Below are positions 12,700-26,744 of a stretch of 64,000 nt of DNA, piece by piece (position 1 is the first letter of the stretch; every line of letters starts with the position of its first letter). The stretch lies in assembly GCF_009914755.1 (NCBI RefSeq), contig NC_060945.1; one strand, given 5' to 3'. This stretch comes from the human T2T-CHM13v2.0 reference genome, Homo sapiens. The notes beneath the pieces are model-generated. The model saw only the letters and a list, made by a program, of their open reading frames with translations. It was not told the origin of the DNA and did not search any database. A program made the position numbers and the translations under genes.

Positions 12700-15600
12700 T
12701 AAAAGATAAAATTCAAAGTAGGAAAACCACTTTTTACATCAACTACCACCACGATGACAAAATTTCTAGAAAAGACAAAAGACTTTTAAATACTCAGTTG
12801 ATGCATTGCTATTTTAGGTCATGTTTCCTTTTCACTTACCAGAATATTACTGGAAGCCCACAATTATCACCTGCCTCCTATTTTCTTACCCCTTGACCTT
12901 CACCTGACCCCTGAAGTCAACGTACTTTCCTGACTTTAAAGACAAAAAGAAAAGGATTTGAGTGTCCGCCCCACTGTTGGAGGTGTACAAAAAAAAGGTG
13001 TGCTTCAATGGGAAGCGCCACAATTTCTAGACTCTAGAGGTTATCACATTCTAAGTTTTCATTGTCTTTGAGCTATTTTACAAACCTATAGTCTGTAGGT
13101 AACTAATGAACACCATAAATTCCACCTGTCATAGGGGTTTAATTGGTTTCCCTCCCCACCGACACCATTCCCATGGAAAAACCAGTTTTGACTCCATTTG
13201 CATATTCATTTCACTATTACTGACAAATAAATGTTGGTTTTGATCCCCATTTCAACTGTTTATAATGTTTTCCTAGCTCCCTCACTGAATGAGGTAAATA
13301 AAATCTTTAATGCATGTTCATTTGTACATCTGCAGGAGGTATAGCCTGCCCGAATACCAGCACGAGGGGTCTAGTTGGAAAGCTGGATTGGACAGCTCCT
13401 CTGTGCAGCCCACACTTGACCACAGTCAGCACTTTTGGCCTGAGACCAAAAGTGGAGCAAACTCAGCTCTGTCTTCCCAGTCGTGCTTTCCACTGAGCTG
13501 GCTCCGAGTCTGCCCCCAGGAAATACCTGTTTAGAGTTAAAAGCACTTAACACTGATTTGTATGTACATGATACAAAAAAAAAAAAAAATCAGCATTAAA
13601 GGTTATAATGTGCTCATTCTTTGTCATATAATTGGACCTAATAAAGAAACATCACATTAGTTACCTAGTAAATTTCAACTTATTACTAAATTAGTAGCTA
13701 TCCTCACATACATCAAATATTGTCAACACTTTCCTGGAAGCTGCCGCTACCCACAAATTGAGCCAATTAAATAATTAATTGAAGTAAAATGACTCCTGTC
13801 CAGCAGAATGGATGTGAGATGTGTTTACTCGTTCAATCAAATCCTTCCTTTTCCAGAATGCATCATTTTCAAAGAAGGAGATCTGAAGCGGGGCCCTGGC
13901 TGACTCATTGAAGACTGCATAAAATATTTTGAAGCTATTCAGAAAAAAAAAACACATTAAAAACAACTTTCATACTGGAGGTTAAGAGGCAGAAATCTTT
14001 ATAGAGCAAAGTTCCTTTGTTTTGTATGCTATTTCCTGAGTGCAGTGAACTTATTAAGCACTTTGATGTAGCAAAAATTGTGATGTGTATATGTACAAAT
14101 GATCCAAACACAGCAAAAAGCAGCTAAAAAAATCAATAAAGCAGCTTTTTAACAAATGCATTCCAAACTGGATCAAAGAGATAGCCTGGCAGCTACATGC
14201 TACTGATCTAACACTCATTACATTTTCATTTCAAGGAAACATCTTTTGCAACAGAAAGGTGAAGTCTATCTGTAATGAGCTTCTTCTAAGGCAGGAGGAA
14301 AGCTTCTTTTCAAATAGGAACTAAATAAATATGGGGCCTGTGTGGGTCTCTGCAAACAAATCTGTGCAGAGGGGCTCACCTTTGAAAGAAAGGCCTCTAC
14401 AAATTCAAAGAGGGAGCTTTTCATTGATTTTTCCATCTTCCTCACTGTCCTTCCCCAGAATAGACTTTCATATGTAAATATGTGGTCAAGAGAAAACACT
14501 TGCCTACGGATAGTGGTGTTTTTGTTTTGTTTTGTTCTTTAAGGGATAGTCACTGGGAACTGGATGCTGTAAAAGCTTACCCATATCTGATTTGATAATG
14601 ATATTCACCATTGATTTTATAGCCCAAGGGAGGGGCCCCTTTCAGAATGTCTCCAGGCACACAAGATTTTTTTCAGTGAGTTCACTCAGAAGGTTGGTTT
14701 GTCTTTCAGTCTTCATATGGCGATAAGTCTTGAGGATGGTTTTTTTTGCCCTGTGTTCTGATCATATACACCCATTCCAGGTTATCTTACCCAGGGCTTC
14801 CTGCCTAACAGGGACATTCTTGCCTCTCACAGAATGTTGTATCAATCAGATTTTTGTGCCGATTCTCATTTTGCCCCTCAGCCTCTACACATCTCATTTT
14901 CCCATTTTACTAACATGCAAACTCATCATTGCCTGTATCACTGGGTTAAAATAAAATAAAACATAACTGACTCTCAATTACCTTCTGGAAATATGACAGA
15001 AGGAGGAAATAGATGAAAAAAGCTCAGAGACAGAAAGATCTTTTTTTAAACTTTTTTTTAAGAACTGCCTCATGCAAACATCTACCTAGAATAAAATGTC
15101 ACCAGCACTGCTGTAAGATCGGATTGAAAAAAGAGTAAGACTTTCCATGTTTTGGCCAGGCCCTTAGAACAGAGGCAGGGATTACCAAAGTAGGAAAACA
15201 GAGCAGCCTCATCTCCAAGTGGGGTGAGAGGCACCTGGACAGCCTGACCATGTGAATGATGCTTGGGAGCAGGGTCTCCTGGAATGCAGAACATTCTCCC
15301 AAAGAAAAGAAGGAAGGCTGGCAGGACATGAAAGCCAATACCCAGCACTTTTGAGTTCCTAAATAACCTACCAGAAGGGCTAAGAAAATTGTGTATAGAA
15401 GTCAGGCCAAAAAAGAAAAAAGAAATATTAGATTAGGAAAGAAGAAACCTTTGTGTGCATACACATCCACACAAACACACACTCATCACTCCAACCTTCC
15501 AAGCACCTGCAAATTGGGAAATATCTCCAATACATTTTGAAAGAAATGAGGTGTAAGTAATTGAATGATAATCTAAATAGCATATTCATACCAGTTATTT

Positions 15601-15742
15601 TATAACATAAAGAAAATTCTTTGATTATATAAAGTGAGCTTTTATAATCTAAGAGTATATTTATTATGTTAGTTGCTGTGTTGACATAAATAGGTATTAT
15701 ACAAATATATTCTCACCATAAAAAAGGCAAATAGTATATACA

Positions 15743-15912
15743 TTTTGAAGTTAAATAAATGTTTAGTTTAAATCATTATTATTTAGGTGTCCAAATGTGA
15801 AAATAATGAACATTTATGAACAATTTCTGAAACAGGAATGAGTAACCTGAAAAAATGAGAGATGTTGATGAAGTTCAATTGATATTCAACTCAAAACAAA
15901 ATTAATATAAGA
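15743..15912 (+). repeat. Local duplication 1, copy A (pairs with 16622-16796)
   Basis: Shared blocks agtttaaatc.ttattatttaggtgtc, gaatgagtaacc, aaaaaatgagagatgtt, aaaattaatataaga. Confidence 0.85.
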
Positions 15913-16059
15913 GTAAGAAACCACAGAGATATACATGGAGACTAACTGTCCACATTTTCCAAAAGAAAATGAAAGATCTTGGGGAATAAGAGAAAAACAT
16001 TATACAAAGATGCATTATAATGTATAATACAGTAATACTTAAATTCTCCAGAAACCAGC

Positions 16060-17510
16060 TATCCGGCACTTTCCTCTATGGAAGAGTCGCTCAACAAAGG
16101 CCCACCATCCTGTGTCTAGGAGTCTCCTTTTTCACTCCCTGAGATGAGATTCTATGTTTCTCATCTCTGGCTTCCCTCCTAACAGCTCTCTCAGTGCCTT
16201 CTCCAGCCTTTTCTGGAGTGCAAGCCCTCATCCTAAACTTGCTCAGTTAGAATCTCTCTCTACCCTGCACCCACCCCAATCACCCACTCAAGGTGGATCC
16301 TGCTGCAGGAGCTGGAAAGCCCCCACCCTGTGGCCTTCTCAAGGATGTCATTACGTCTGTTCTTTTATCTTTCTTGTATCTGCACCACGACAGCTTATTC
16401 TCTATTGGATCACTGTACTCACTGGGCAAACATGCTCTACTGTATCTCATCTTTACAAAAAACACATAAACAAATAACAACAACAAAACAAAATTCCCTT
16501 TAGCTGGCATTCTCCTTTACTACTGCTCCATTTTCCTCTCAATTTTCCCCACACAATCTTCCTCACCTCTTCCTCCTCTCGGGAAATGGGAAACCCTATT
16601 CACCTATGTCTAGCAGGCTCTTTTTGAAATTAAGTACATGTTTATTAATAGTTTAAATCTTTATTATTTAGGTGTCTAAATTTGAAAAAATATGGACTTT
16701 ACACAATTTCTGATAGATGAATGAGTAACCAGAAAAAAATGAGAGATGTTTATGGAATTCAACAGATACAGAACCCAAAATAAAATTAATATAAGACCGA
16801 TTCCTGATTTTTAGGAGGGAAGGCAGAGTTGGGAAATGCCAAATCGCATCACAGGGAGTGGACAGAGGAGTGTTGCGCAACCCAGGAATATTCTTGATTT
16901 TACCATCTTCCTGCCTCATCCCTGCCCTCAGCCCATGTCAACACACCCATCAGCAGGTCCTACTCCTGCTATCTGAAAATGTATCTCACATCTCTCCACT
17001 TACCTCTACTTCCATTTGAGGTCACCATCATCCCTTATGTAGACACCTGAAATAACCCCCATCTGATCTCTCTGCACCCATACTTTCCCCTCTACAACGT
17101 ACTCCCCATCTCTAGTAGCAAGTGTGATCTTCTTCACCCACCCACTGTGTCAAACCCTATGTTATACTCCTTCTTAGAACTCTTTGGTGACTTTCCATTG
17201 AACTTAGAATCAAATCAAAATGCTCTCCATTGCCTCCCAGCCTCTGGTGATCTGAATCATGTCTCTAGTCAACCTCATCTTCTTTTTAGTTTCACTTGGC
17301 TCCAGCCATGCTGTCTTTTTGCATTCCTCTTTGACACCACTTATGTGGCTCGTTCTTTCCCATTCTATTGTACATAGAGAGACCTTCCTGCTTCCCTAAT
17401 CTAAAATAGAATATAAGCTTCTTAAAGGCAGAGGGTTCATTGCTACCAAGTTTTCCATTGTATTTCCAAAGCATCAATCACATAGTGGATGGTAAGTACA
17501 TATTTGCTGC
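16060..17510 (+). mobile_element. L2 fragments (about 16060-16580 and 16900-17510)
   Basis: Pyrimidine-rich L2-like text; 3' end 'tagaatataagcttcttaaaggcagagg...cacatagtggatggtaagtacatatttgctg'. Confidence 0.6.
16622..16796 (+). repeat. Local duplication 1, copy B
   Basis: Roughly 80% identical by eye to 15743-15912. Confidence 0.85.
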
Positions 17511-18889
17511 TAAAATGGCGAAGAATCAGGAGAACAGAAGAAATAAAACTTCTCAATGGGGTCAAAACAAGTAGTACAAAGCGAATGCTATAAAACTTGA
17601 AAACTTGATTCATAAGAAAGCATCTTGAGTTTATGGATCTTTTCTTTACGTATCAAGAAAACAACAACTAAAATTAACTGGGAATCTGGTTTCCATATGC
17701 TCAGCCTACTAGGAAGGGAGAAAGAGCTCCAGCTGCCCCCTCAAGTAACAGATTCTGACTGAGAGATACACCGACTGAGGACAGAAGCCATATCTACTTC
17801 ATGAGCTTTGTGTCCCTAACATCTAGTACACTGCCTCTCCATAATAGACAGCCACACGTTAGTTGAATGAATGGACAAATAACTCTAATAACCTGTGGCA
17901 AATAGAAGTGAATGCAAAGAACTAGGAGAGGACTGAAAAATTGATAACAGATTTAAGTTGGGAGATCACAGTGATAGCTGAGTGGACCAAATCTTAAAAA
18001 TTATGTAGCATTAGAACTTGTGGAATAGGCAAGAAAAGCTGTCAACTCTATGAAAACCACAAGGGCAAATCCAACTCCTTCCACCCCCACTATATGAGTA
18101 AATATGTTGTGGAAAGCCTTAACAATTCTGTGAGTCTTCTCTAAAATCACTTGGGATTTTAAAAGCTAGTAGTTTTCTTTAAATATGCAATTTAAAGACT
18201 CAATTACAGCGAGTACATGTTTGGATTCTTCCTTTTCTATATGCAGTCAACCATACTTAAGTCACCTTGAAATACAACAAAAGCAAAACCCTTATTTCTA
18301 AGGACAATCCAGTAATAGCGATGACTTTACATATATCTATAAGATGCTGTAATTTAGCCAACACTTGCACTTACTTAAACTCCTTTATCATTCACAGCAC
18401 ATCTGTTAGTAGATATACTATCTCCATGATTCAGACGTGAAAGCTCCGATTTGGAGAAGCACGGGGATTTAAGCATGGTTGCACAGAGAAATCGAACCAT
18501 TATTTGGATTCAGATTTACTAACTTTAAATCAGCTGTTTCCCACCACCTAAGCATGCCATAACTACTCTTTCCCATTCTTGGACAGAGTTTTTCTGCTGT
18601 GTTTTTGTCTTCTCTTCTACCCTGCTGGGAAGGGTAGAAGGAAACTTGAAGACCCCCAAAGTTGTGTGTCCGTGTATGTCAAGAATGATTCAGATGGTAC
18701 ATTTGACCACTTTGTATACCACCTTGTTGTGTATTTAGTGTGGCTCAGTAAATCACACAACCCCAGCACAATGAAATCACAAATAATTTGTGTCTTTTGT
18801 CTTTGTAGACAGAAAAGATCATCCATAAAATGAGCAAATATATTGGAAGCCCAACCCTCTTTTCTGATCCATACTTCGATAGCTTAACT

Positions 18890-19383
18890 GAATTCAGCAG
18901 AGTAGCATTATTAGAGAAGAAATGAATCCTAACAGTTGGGATCATGAACCCTGGAGCCAACTTGCCTTTGTGAAAGCCTGGCTCCCCCACTTACCAGATG
19001 AGAGAACTTTGACAAATGATTGAACCTCTACAAGCCTCAACTGCACTTCTACAAATTACTGTACCTCTACAGGCCTCTTCTTCTATAAAATGGGGATAAC
19101 AGTAGGGTTGTCATCAGAATAAACTAAGTTAAAACAGAGGTCAAACCAGCTCACTGTTTGTTTTTGTAAATAAATCCGTATTGGAACACAGCCAAGATCA
19201 TTTGTTTATGTATTGTCTGTGGCCACTTTTGCACTGCAGTGGCAGAGTTATGCAGTAATAACCTAGATCTCATGGCCCACAAAACCTAAAATATCTAGTG
19301 TCTGTTACTCTACAGAAAAAGTTTGTTGACTCTTGAGTTAATAGATGAAAAACATTTAGAATGGTCCATGGTATAAGCACTTG

Positions 19384-19385
<2 letters not shown>
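18890..19385 (+). mobile_element. MIR SINE interrupted by MER58A
   Basis: 'ctggagccaacttgcct...ccacttaccag...ttctataaaatggggataacagtagggttgtcatcagaataaa'. Confidence 0.7.
19136..19336 (+). mobile_element. MER58A (hAT-Charlie)
   Basis: 'ctgtttgtttttgtaaataaa..tattggaacacagcca...tggcccacaaaacctaaaatat...tacagaaaaagtttgttgactcttg'. Confidence 0.85.

Positions 19386-19415
<30 letters not shown>
19384..19415. repeat. (CTAT)8 tetranucleotide STR at an AluJ tail
   Basis: Direct count. Confidence 0.95.
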
Positions 19416-19692
<277 letters not shown>

Positions 19693-19708
19693 TATATATC
19701 TATCTTTT

Positions 19709-19742
19709 TGTGTGTGTATGTGTGTGTAGTATGTGTGTGTGT

Positions 19743-19774
<32 letters not shown>
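19709..19774. repeat. (TG)n microsatellite, perfect (GT)15 at 19744-19773
   Basis: Direct reading. Confidence 0.95.
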
Positions 19775-19775
<1 letters not shown>

Positions 19776-20039
19776 TATTACTTACTCTATGGCAAGCACT
19801 TAGGATGTTTACTCTACTTCTTGTCCTATAAAATAATTTAGTCTCTACTCTTATGCAGAGGCCCAGAGATTGAGAGTCATGGGTCAAACCATTTGGGATT
19901 GGACAAGATTATCCTTATACATTTCTTCGAACCCTTTAATTCTAGAAAATTCAAAACCAAATTCAAACAGAAGTAATCAAATTTACTTTGGAAGGGTTTT
20001 GAGTCTCATAAAAATGTGCAATTGTGCATTTGTATGTAT

Positions 20040-20404
20040 AGCCTGTATATCCAGTTAAACGATACCCAAACTCCTCAGGGGAAGATTACATATCTATCAA
20101 CCATTGAAGCCAGAACTGGCCGTGTCACTTGTTTTTGCCAATGAAACAAGAGGAGAAGTGAGGAAGGAGTTTTAAGAGCTAGTTTGAGACTTACTGTGTT
20201 CTCTTTTTCTCAGTGCTCCTGATATCCAAAATTCCCCAGATGCAGCATGCTCCCTCAGTGTGGAAGGTCCATGAGTAAGGACCATGAAAGTCACAGCTGA
20301 GCCACCAGGGCAAATGGAGTAAGCAAGAAATTAATCAGCCTTTGTTGTTCGAAGGTGCTGAAGGTTGTTAGCCTACCACAACATAGCCTATTCTGATTGA
20401 TACA
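20040..20404 (+). mobile_element. MLT1-family LTR (J/K-like)
   Basis: 'tggccgtgtcacttgtttttgccaatgaaa...gagtaagcaagaaattaa..cctttgttgtt...catagcctattctgattgataca'. Confidence 0.6.
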
Positions 20405-21034
20405 GTGATTGTTCAATGTCTGCCCTTTGTCCAGAGTATAAAACTTCCATGAGAAAAGGAGACAAATCATATTTAATATTAATAATCATATTCATATTTA
20501 CTATTGGAGACCTGGCATCTACTATAGAACCTGACATATACATACAGATTAATAAAAGAAGTTATCTGGTAGCATGTGAATAGTTAATAGAAGAGGTAAA
20601 TGACAATATAGACAACATAGAGATGTTACAATTACTATTAAGTGCTATAAACAAAGAGGGTGCCCTTTATGACCTAGATTCCCTGGGAGGCAAGGAGTAA
20701 ATGCTGATGGATGTCTACCATGGAGCCCAACAGGAAGAGGTGTGGTGGCCAGGAAAGCAGAAGTGAAAAGGAAAGAGAAGGGCTGTATAAACAATTAATT
20801 AAGCAGGAAAGCACAAAGTATGTCTAATATTAGGGAACGGACACATTTGACAGAAGCAGAGGCAGAGAGTTCATACAGAGGTGAGGTGAGAATAAAATCT
20901 ACAGGAAATGCATGCATTGTTGGATAAAACCCGAATTTGCAAACATTTTTGTTGCTTTAAATGGTGTATAGTCAACACTTAAAAATGGCTCAAATTGTGG
21001 ATTTTATGTTATGTATATTTTACCACAACAAAAA

Positions 21035-21253
21035 TCTCTGTCTCCAGGGTTCAAGAGATTCTCGTGCCTCAGCCTTCTGAGTAGCTGGGATTACAGGTGC
21101 ACGTGACCATGCCCAGCTAGTTTTTGTATTTTTAGTAAAGACAGGGTTTCACCATGTTGGCCAGGCTGGTCTTGAACTCCTGACCTCAAGTGATTCTCCC
21201 TCCTCGGCCTCCCAGTGTGCTGGGATTACAGGCGTGAGCCACTGCGCCCAGCC
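21035..21253 (-). mobile_element. AluS fragment lacking the tail and distal right arm, abutting a + strand L1M 3' end (about 20960-21034)
   Basis: Begins 'ctctgtctccagggttcaagagattctc' directly after 'tatgtatattttaccacaacaaaaat'; ends actgcgcccagcc. Confidence 0.9.
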
Positions 21254-24037
21254 AAAGTAATATATTCTAAAAAAATAAATAAATAAAAGTTCAGTGTTGA
21301 TCCATCACCCACCTGGATTTAGGGCAGAGAGTTACTGTTCACTGAGCATTCGGCCTTCACTGTACTTGTCAGTGGGGGATATAGGAAAAGTGCATGTAGA
21401 CCCCATCAGCTTTCCTGGAAGCCTGGACACAAACAAAAACGCTGGAGAGAGTCTCAGATGAACACGGTAGAGTGTCACCCAAAGGTGGACAGATCATTAC
21501 AATGTAATTTGATTTTTGAGGGAGTTGGGGGAAGAAAGAATGGGCTCAGAGGCTATGAAACGAAGTCCCCGCTTGAAGAATTCAGGTCAAGGGGCCAAGG
21601 AGAGAAAGACTCTGGGGGTTGGAGCATCTGTCATCAATCTGGATAATAAAAGTATTATCATTTTATAAATTAGATAACATCCACTTTCTCCCTGTGCTTT
21701 TCAGCAGTTATGGCCATTAAGGACACCATGTTATGTAGCAGAAATTGTGTATGCCAGCAATGAACCTTCTGTGCTTACACATTTTGGCCAAGTCACTTCG
21801 TATTATCTTATACGTGGCCTCTCTGCATGGCTCAGTGGCTCCCCTCCTCTGCTCCACCAGCCTGCAGATCAGCTCTGCCACAGTGCAGCTCTATCTGCCC
21901 CATGTCATTTGTCTTCTTGTTCCTTATTTGACTCTTGCCAGCAAATCTCACCGCTTGATAATTGAGCCAGCTACTGAACTGCTCTAGCAGCTCAGATTCC
22001 TTTCCCTAGCTGTCACCATCAGGTCCAGTCTTTCACTCCCACATCTTGCCTCATTCAACCACTTTTGTTATTTCTTTAAAATAAAATGTGTCTGAATTCT
22101 GGGCATGGTTTTGGGTGGGATTCTGGGCTTGCATGGGTGATTCACCGTTTTCCTCCAGCTGACTCAGAGCACCCCTGCAACCCAATAAGACTTCCCAGTA
22201 TTGGGTCTACTCTTTTGTCCTGTCCCTCAGGCCCCACAGTCATGGAATTGGTGAGAAGGAATTAAGACACTGAAATCAGTCATGGAAACAATCACTCTGT
22301 TCACTCCAGCACATTTAGGTGGTGTTCCATGTTTACTGGAATGAATCTGGATGATAGAATCTCAGGACTGGGAGGGCCAAAGAAGTCATCCATTTTATCT
22401 CTGTCCCAAAGTAGGAAGTTATACAGCAACACATCTGATCTCTGTGGGGAACCTCACTCCCCATGAGGCTTCCCAGTCATATCAGGAGACATGGGCTTGT
22501 GGTGCAGAAGGAAAAATAAAGGGTGATGGCAACAGAGGCCATGGCTTTGACACTATCCTCGCCACCATGGGCAAGTTCTTCAGACTGTCTGCATGTTGGT
22601 GCTTTCCTAGTAAAATGTGGGTACAATTCTGACAAAGTCTGCCTCCCTGCGCTACTGCACAGGTTCTGTGAGAAGGTGCATTTGAACAGCACGCGTCCAC
22701 GCAGTTGAAGAGGGCATCCTTTTACAGCTCTGAGTTTGCAAGGGTAGTGCCCTGGGCATGGGGCCTCCAAAGAGCTATGCTGGCTTCCAAGGCTGCTGAC
22801 CAGGTCTATGCTGACCCCAGTGCTCAGGGGTTCATGAGCCTGTCAGAAATAGGAGGGCAAAATAATAAATAAAACTACCCCCAAGACAAATCCAGCTATT
22901 GTAGCCAACTGATAGAATCTGCCTATACCTGGCTTTATGAATACTTGTCATTCTGTAAATAAAAAAATGAAGAGGTAGAGAAAGTCGTTTACAAGAATAA
23001 AAGGAAATTGGGTGGGGGGAGGGTGAGAGGACAGTTGTTTTATATATACATATGCATACACAAATGTATTAAAAGACACACTACTATCACACATATATTG
23101 GGGAGTTGTTCTGCTCACATAATAAAGAGCTGTTTTACACACACACTCAGTAACGAGGTAAAACATATAAAGGACACGACAGTTCCTGGGACACAGTATG
23201 TGCTCCATAGTAAATGCTGGTTATTATCATTGTTTTCAGTATATCCAACACTGAGCCCAAAATAAAATAACGTGTTTTGCTTATTGGAATAACAAGATCA
23301 CACGACAGCACTGAAATTGCTTAGTCGGAAAATGCAAGAGGTCTCACTCACTCTTCATCCCTAGGCCGGTGGCTTTCATTCCACGTTGATTGACAAGCAC
23401 CTGTGCGGTGCTTTTAGAAAGACCACTACACTTAACTGTGCTGCATCCACAGGAAGCCCAGCGCCACTGGAATGGAAAGATGGACGTGACCATGTGCGAA
23501 TCCCTTCAAGAGGCTGTGGGTTCCCTTTGCACACTATGACACCACCGATACTCCATCACTTTAAGCACCAACACTCAATCATTTCCTTAAGGTTTTCATG
23601 GGCATCACTTTTCCTCTTTATTTGTCCTAAGAGAATTTATTCTCAGAGATTTTGTAAAAGAGCATGGCAGGAACTTAATTATCCATTTCCTGGTAATTTT
23701 CTACATCCGTTGTTCCATATTGATTTGCTATTTAAAACCCCCTTTAGGTTGTTTACTGATGTCCTCCCAGCCTGTGGTTCTTCCCTATTTAATACATCAT
23801 CACCAGCGAACACAAATGCTGGGTGACAGTTACTTTCATCGATTCCAACCAATGTGATACTTGGGTTTTGGAAGCAGAGAGTGGCAGTCTGAAACGACTT
23901 TTTCTATTGCATCTGGCACATGGTCACGTGAAGGAATGCACACAACGTATAATCAAATGGCGGTGGTCCTGAGAGGAAGGCGGTGACTTCACAAGATCTC
24001 ACAGCAAGACCCAGTTCCACATCTCTCTGCAAGAGCA

Positions 24038-24312
24038 GGGACCCACAGCTCAGATAAAACAAGATGGCTATACTCTTCGTTCCCAATATGTCCTAGAAAT
24101 TGCTGTTCTCAGTAAATAGCATCTTAATAAATCAAATAAACTATTAGTAAAACAAAATATGTACAAATTTAAAAAGAAATATTTGGGACATCCCACATTA
24201 AAGAATGTGTTAACTTCAATGTATTCATTTGAAGCCTGTGTATCCACAGCCACGTACAGTACGTGCACATGGCGATTTTTCTATTTTGGCAATAACTGAG
24301 TGAGAAGAAAGG
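24038..24312 (+). repeat. Local duplication 2, copy A (pairs with 25175-25451)
   Basis: gggacccacagctcagat...gagaagaaagg; about 21 differences in the first 211 nt by manual alignment. Confidence 0.95.
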
Positions 24313-25059
24313 AGGGGTTAGCTAGACATTGAGAATAAGATGGCTGCTCAGATGGGCCTCCGTCAGGACTGTAGGCTAAGAACTGTTTGATGGGGATGCA
24401 TGGAGTCAAAACGCAAATGCCTGGAGTGAATTTTGAGAGCGTGTTCAATGGTGTAAGATGCTTGGATGTGTGTAACTTGGAATGAACCATACACAGAAAA
24501 CACAAGGTTGTCTTTTCCCAAAGGGAGGCAGTCTCCTATTAGATTGGGAAGCCTCCCAGGGAATGATGCGCCCCAGAGATCCCATGTTGTTGCTGTATAA
24601 GGTGGTCTTCTCCCAAAGGGAGGACACAAAGGGTTTACTATTTCTTATTCTCGACCCAGGAACATAGCCTAACAAATAGAAAGAAAGAGAAAGCCTAGCA
24701 GCTATTTATTCCTTAGTGGGATATGCTCCTTTATATCCCAATATAAAGGAATCTCAAAGACACAACATATAAGTCTCTTTATTGAAAGACGACTTGATGA
24801 ACGGTTAATGGAGGAGTAAAAGCACAAGAGTTACATTTAAGAACTTTCAAAACACAGAAAGTTTGAAAACAATAAGAGGAAAGATGTTTCAGGAATGAGA
24901 TTCAGACCAGCTCTGTGGCTTTTGTTCCTCTTGTTCTGTCCGTAATTTTTGGTGGCAGCGGTTGGCAGTAGGCATAGAGCTGGCATCAGCCTCTGTCTGC
25001 ACACAGAGGGACTTTGTGACGGAACCGTGTTTCCCCACTCAGCTCTTCACTACCAAGGC

Positions 25060-25745
25060 TTCTACCAGCATGCAGTGGTACTACACTCCCACTTGTGCAC
25101 TTACGGTTCTGTTTGCCTACAACACTCTTCCTCCAAAGATTTATCCTTTTCCCTCATCTCTTCACATTTCTATGGGGACCCACAGCTCAGATGCAACACG
25201 ATGGCCATACTTTTCATTCCCAATATGCCCTAGAAATTCCTGTTCTCTGTAATAGTATCTTAATACATCAAATAAGCTATCAGTAAAACAAAATATGTAC
25301 AAATCTAAAAAGAAATATTTGGGACATCCCAGGTTAAAGAAATGTGTGAACTTCAGTGTATTCATTTGAAGCCTGTGTATCTACAAGGTTGTCTTCAGCA
25401 CAGGCACGTGGTGATTTTTCCGTTTTGGTAATAACTGAGCGAGAAGAAAGGGTGTCTTTGCACCCACGTCCACCTCTCAGAAACCTTCACCAACCATCCT
25501 GTTTAAAGCATTAAACAGCCTCAACCTCCTATCACCCTTCCTTGAGTTATTTTTCTCTACAACACTTTTCATCAAACATAGCATGTTACATGTTTATTTT
25601 AGTAGTTGTCTGCCTGCTCCCACTGGAATATAAGTTTCACAAAGATAGGAATTTTGTCTCTCTAAAATTTTCTGTAGTCTTCCAGCCCCTGGAATAGCAC
25701 CAGGTACAGATGAGTTCTTAGTACTTCTGTGTTAAATGAAAGAAT
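25060..25745 (+). mobile_element. L2 3' fragment interrupted by duplication 2 copy B
   Basis: 'ttctgtttgcctacaacactcttcctcc' before and 'cacctctcagaaaccttcacc...ctggaatataagtttcac...ccagcccctggaatagcaccagg' after the insert. Confidence 0.7.
25175..25451 (+). repeat. Local duplication 2, copy B
   Basis: About 88-90% identical to 24038-24312, offset 1137 bp. Confidence 0.95.
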
Positions 25746-26744
25746 GACGGCATCTGGGAACAGCCTGTAGAGAGGTAGGTCACCATTCAAGGAAGAAGGG
25801 ACACAGAGAGGGGACAGACAAGGCAGAAGAAAGAAGGGAAATCCCATCGACAGGAGAGAAAGGGGAAAATAAAGAAGAGAAAGCGAAGACACACAGCAGA
25901 CAGCCTGGAGGGAGGGATGTCAGCAGGAGGGAAAAGGACAGGGCAGCAGTACCAAATGCTGGTGTGCGGGCCAGACACTGGAGACCGCTGGATTTCAAAA
26001 CTCAGTGCCTGCTAGGGAACTTCAAGAAACACGTGTCAGTAAATGATGCAGCTGCAAATTGCTACCGAGGTAAAGAAAGATTTAGAAAGTAGAGTTAATG
26101 AAAATAATCTAGTTAAGAAAGAAAGAGAGAGGGAGGCAGGCAGTCTGGCCAGCCAGCCTTGGCAGCACAGGCCTGGAGAGCAAGCTTGTTACTTTAGCAG
26201 TGTATGCCGGTGTGTGCGTGGGCAGGTGTGTGTGCATGTGTGTGCATGTGTGTGTGTCTGATTCGTGACTGTGGATTGAGAATGTGTGGACAGTTATTTC
26301 AAGTACACAAGATCTGCACCATGTTTTCTTTTATAAGCAAATGGGAGAAATTAACACTGAATTAAAATGTGGTGTGTATTTTAGTTTCTCTCTGTATTTC
26401 AATTCCAGGAAATAAATTATCACAATTTTCACAACTTCAATTCATTTAGAGCCTTTTTAGATAAAAATTTTGTAATCGCTCAGAACTGCACTTCCAAGTC
26501 AAAAGAATTAATCTAAATATGTGTTGCTGACTCAAATAGAGAAGAGTAGGAACAAAGTAAACTCCTAAAAATTTTTCTTAAGGCATTTTAAAAAACTAAA
26601 ACAAATGAAAAGCCCTATAGGACCCAAACACGCAGGCAAAATGAATTCTCTGAAGAGAAAAATGCATTTTGTTCTAATATTCTCTTAATAGATTTTTTTA
26701 AAAACGTGATAAGAAGATTGAAAGAAACCTGGGTAACTCGAGAT

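Noticed and set aside
23386-23826. 146-aa ORF on the + strand
   Set aside because: TTG start, no recognisable homology or exon structure.
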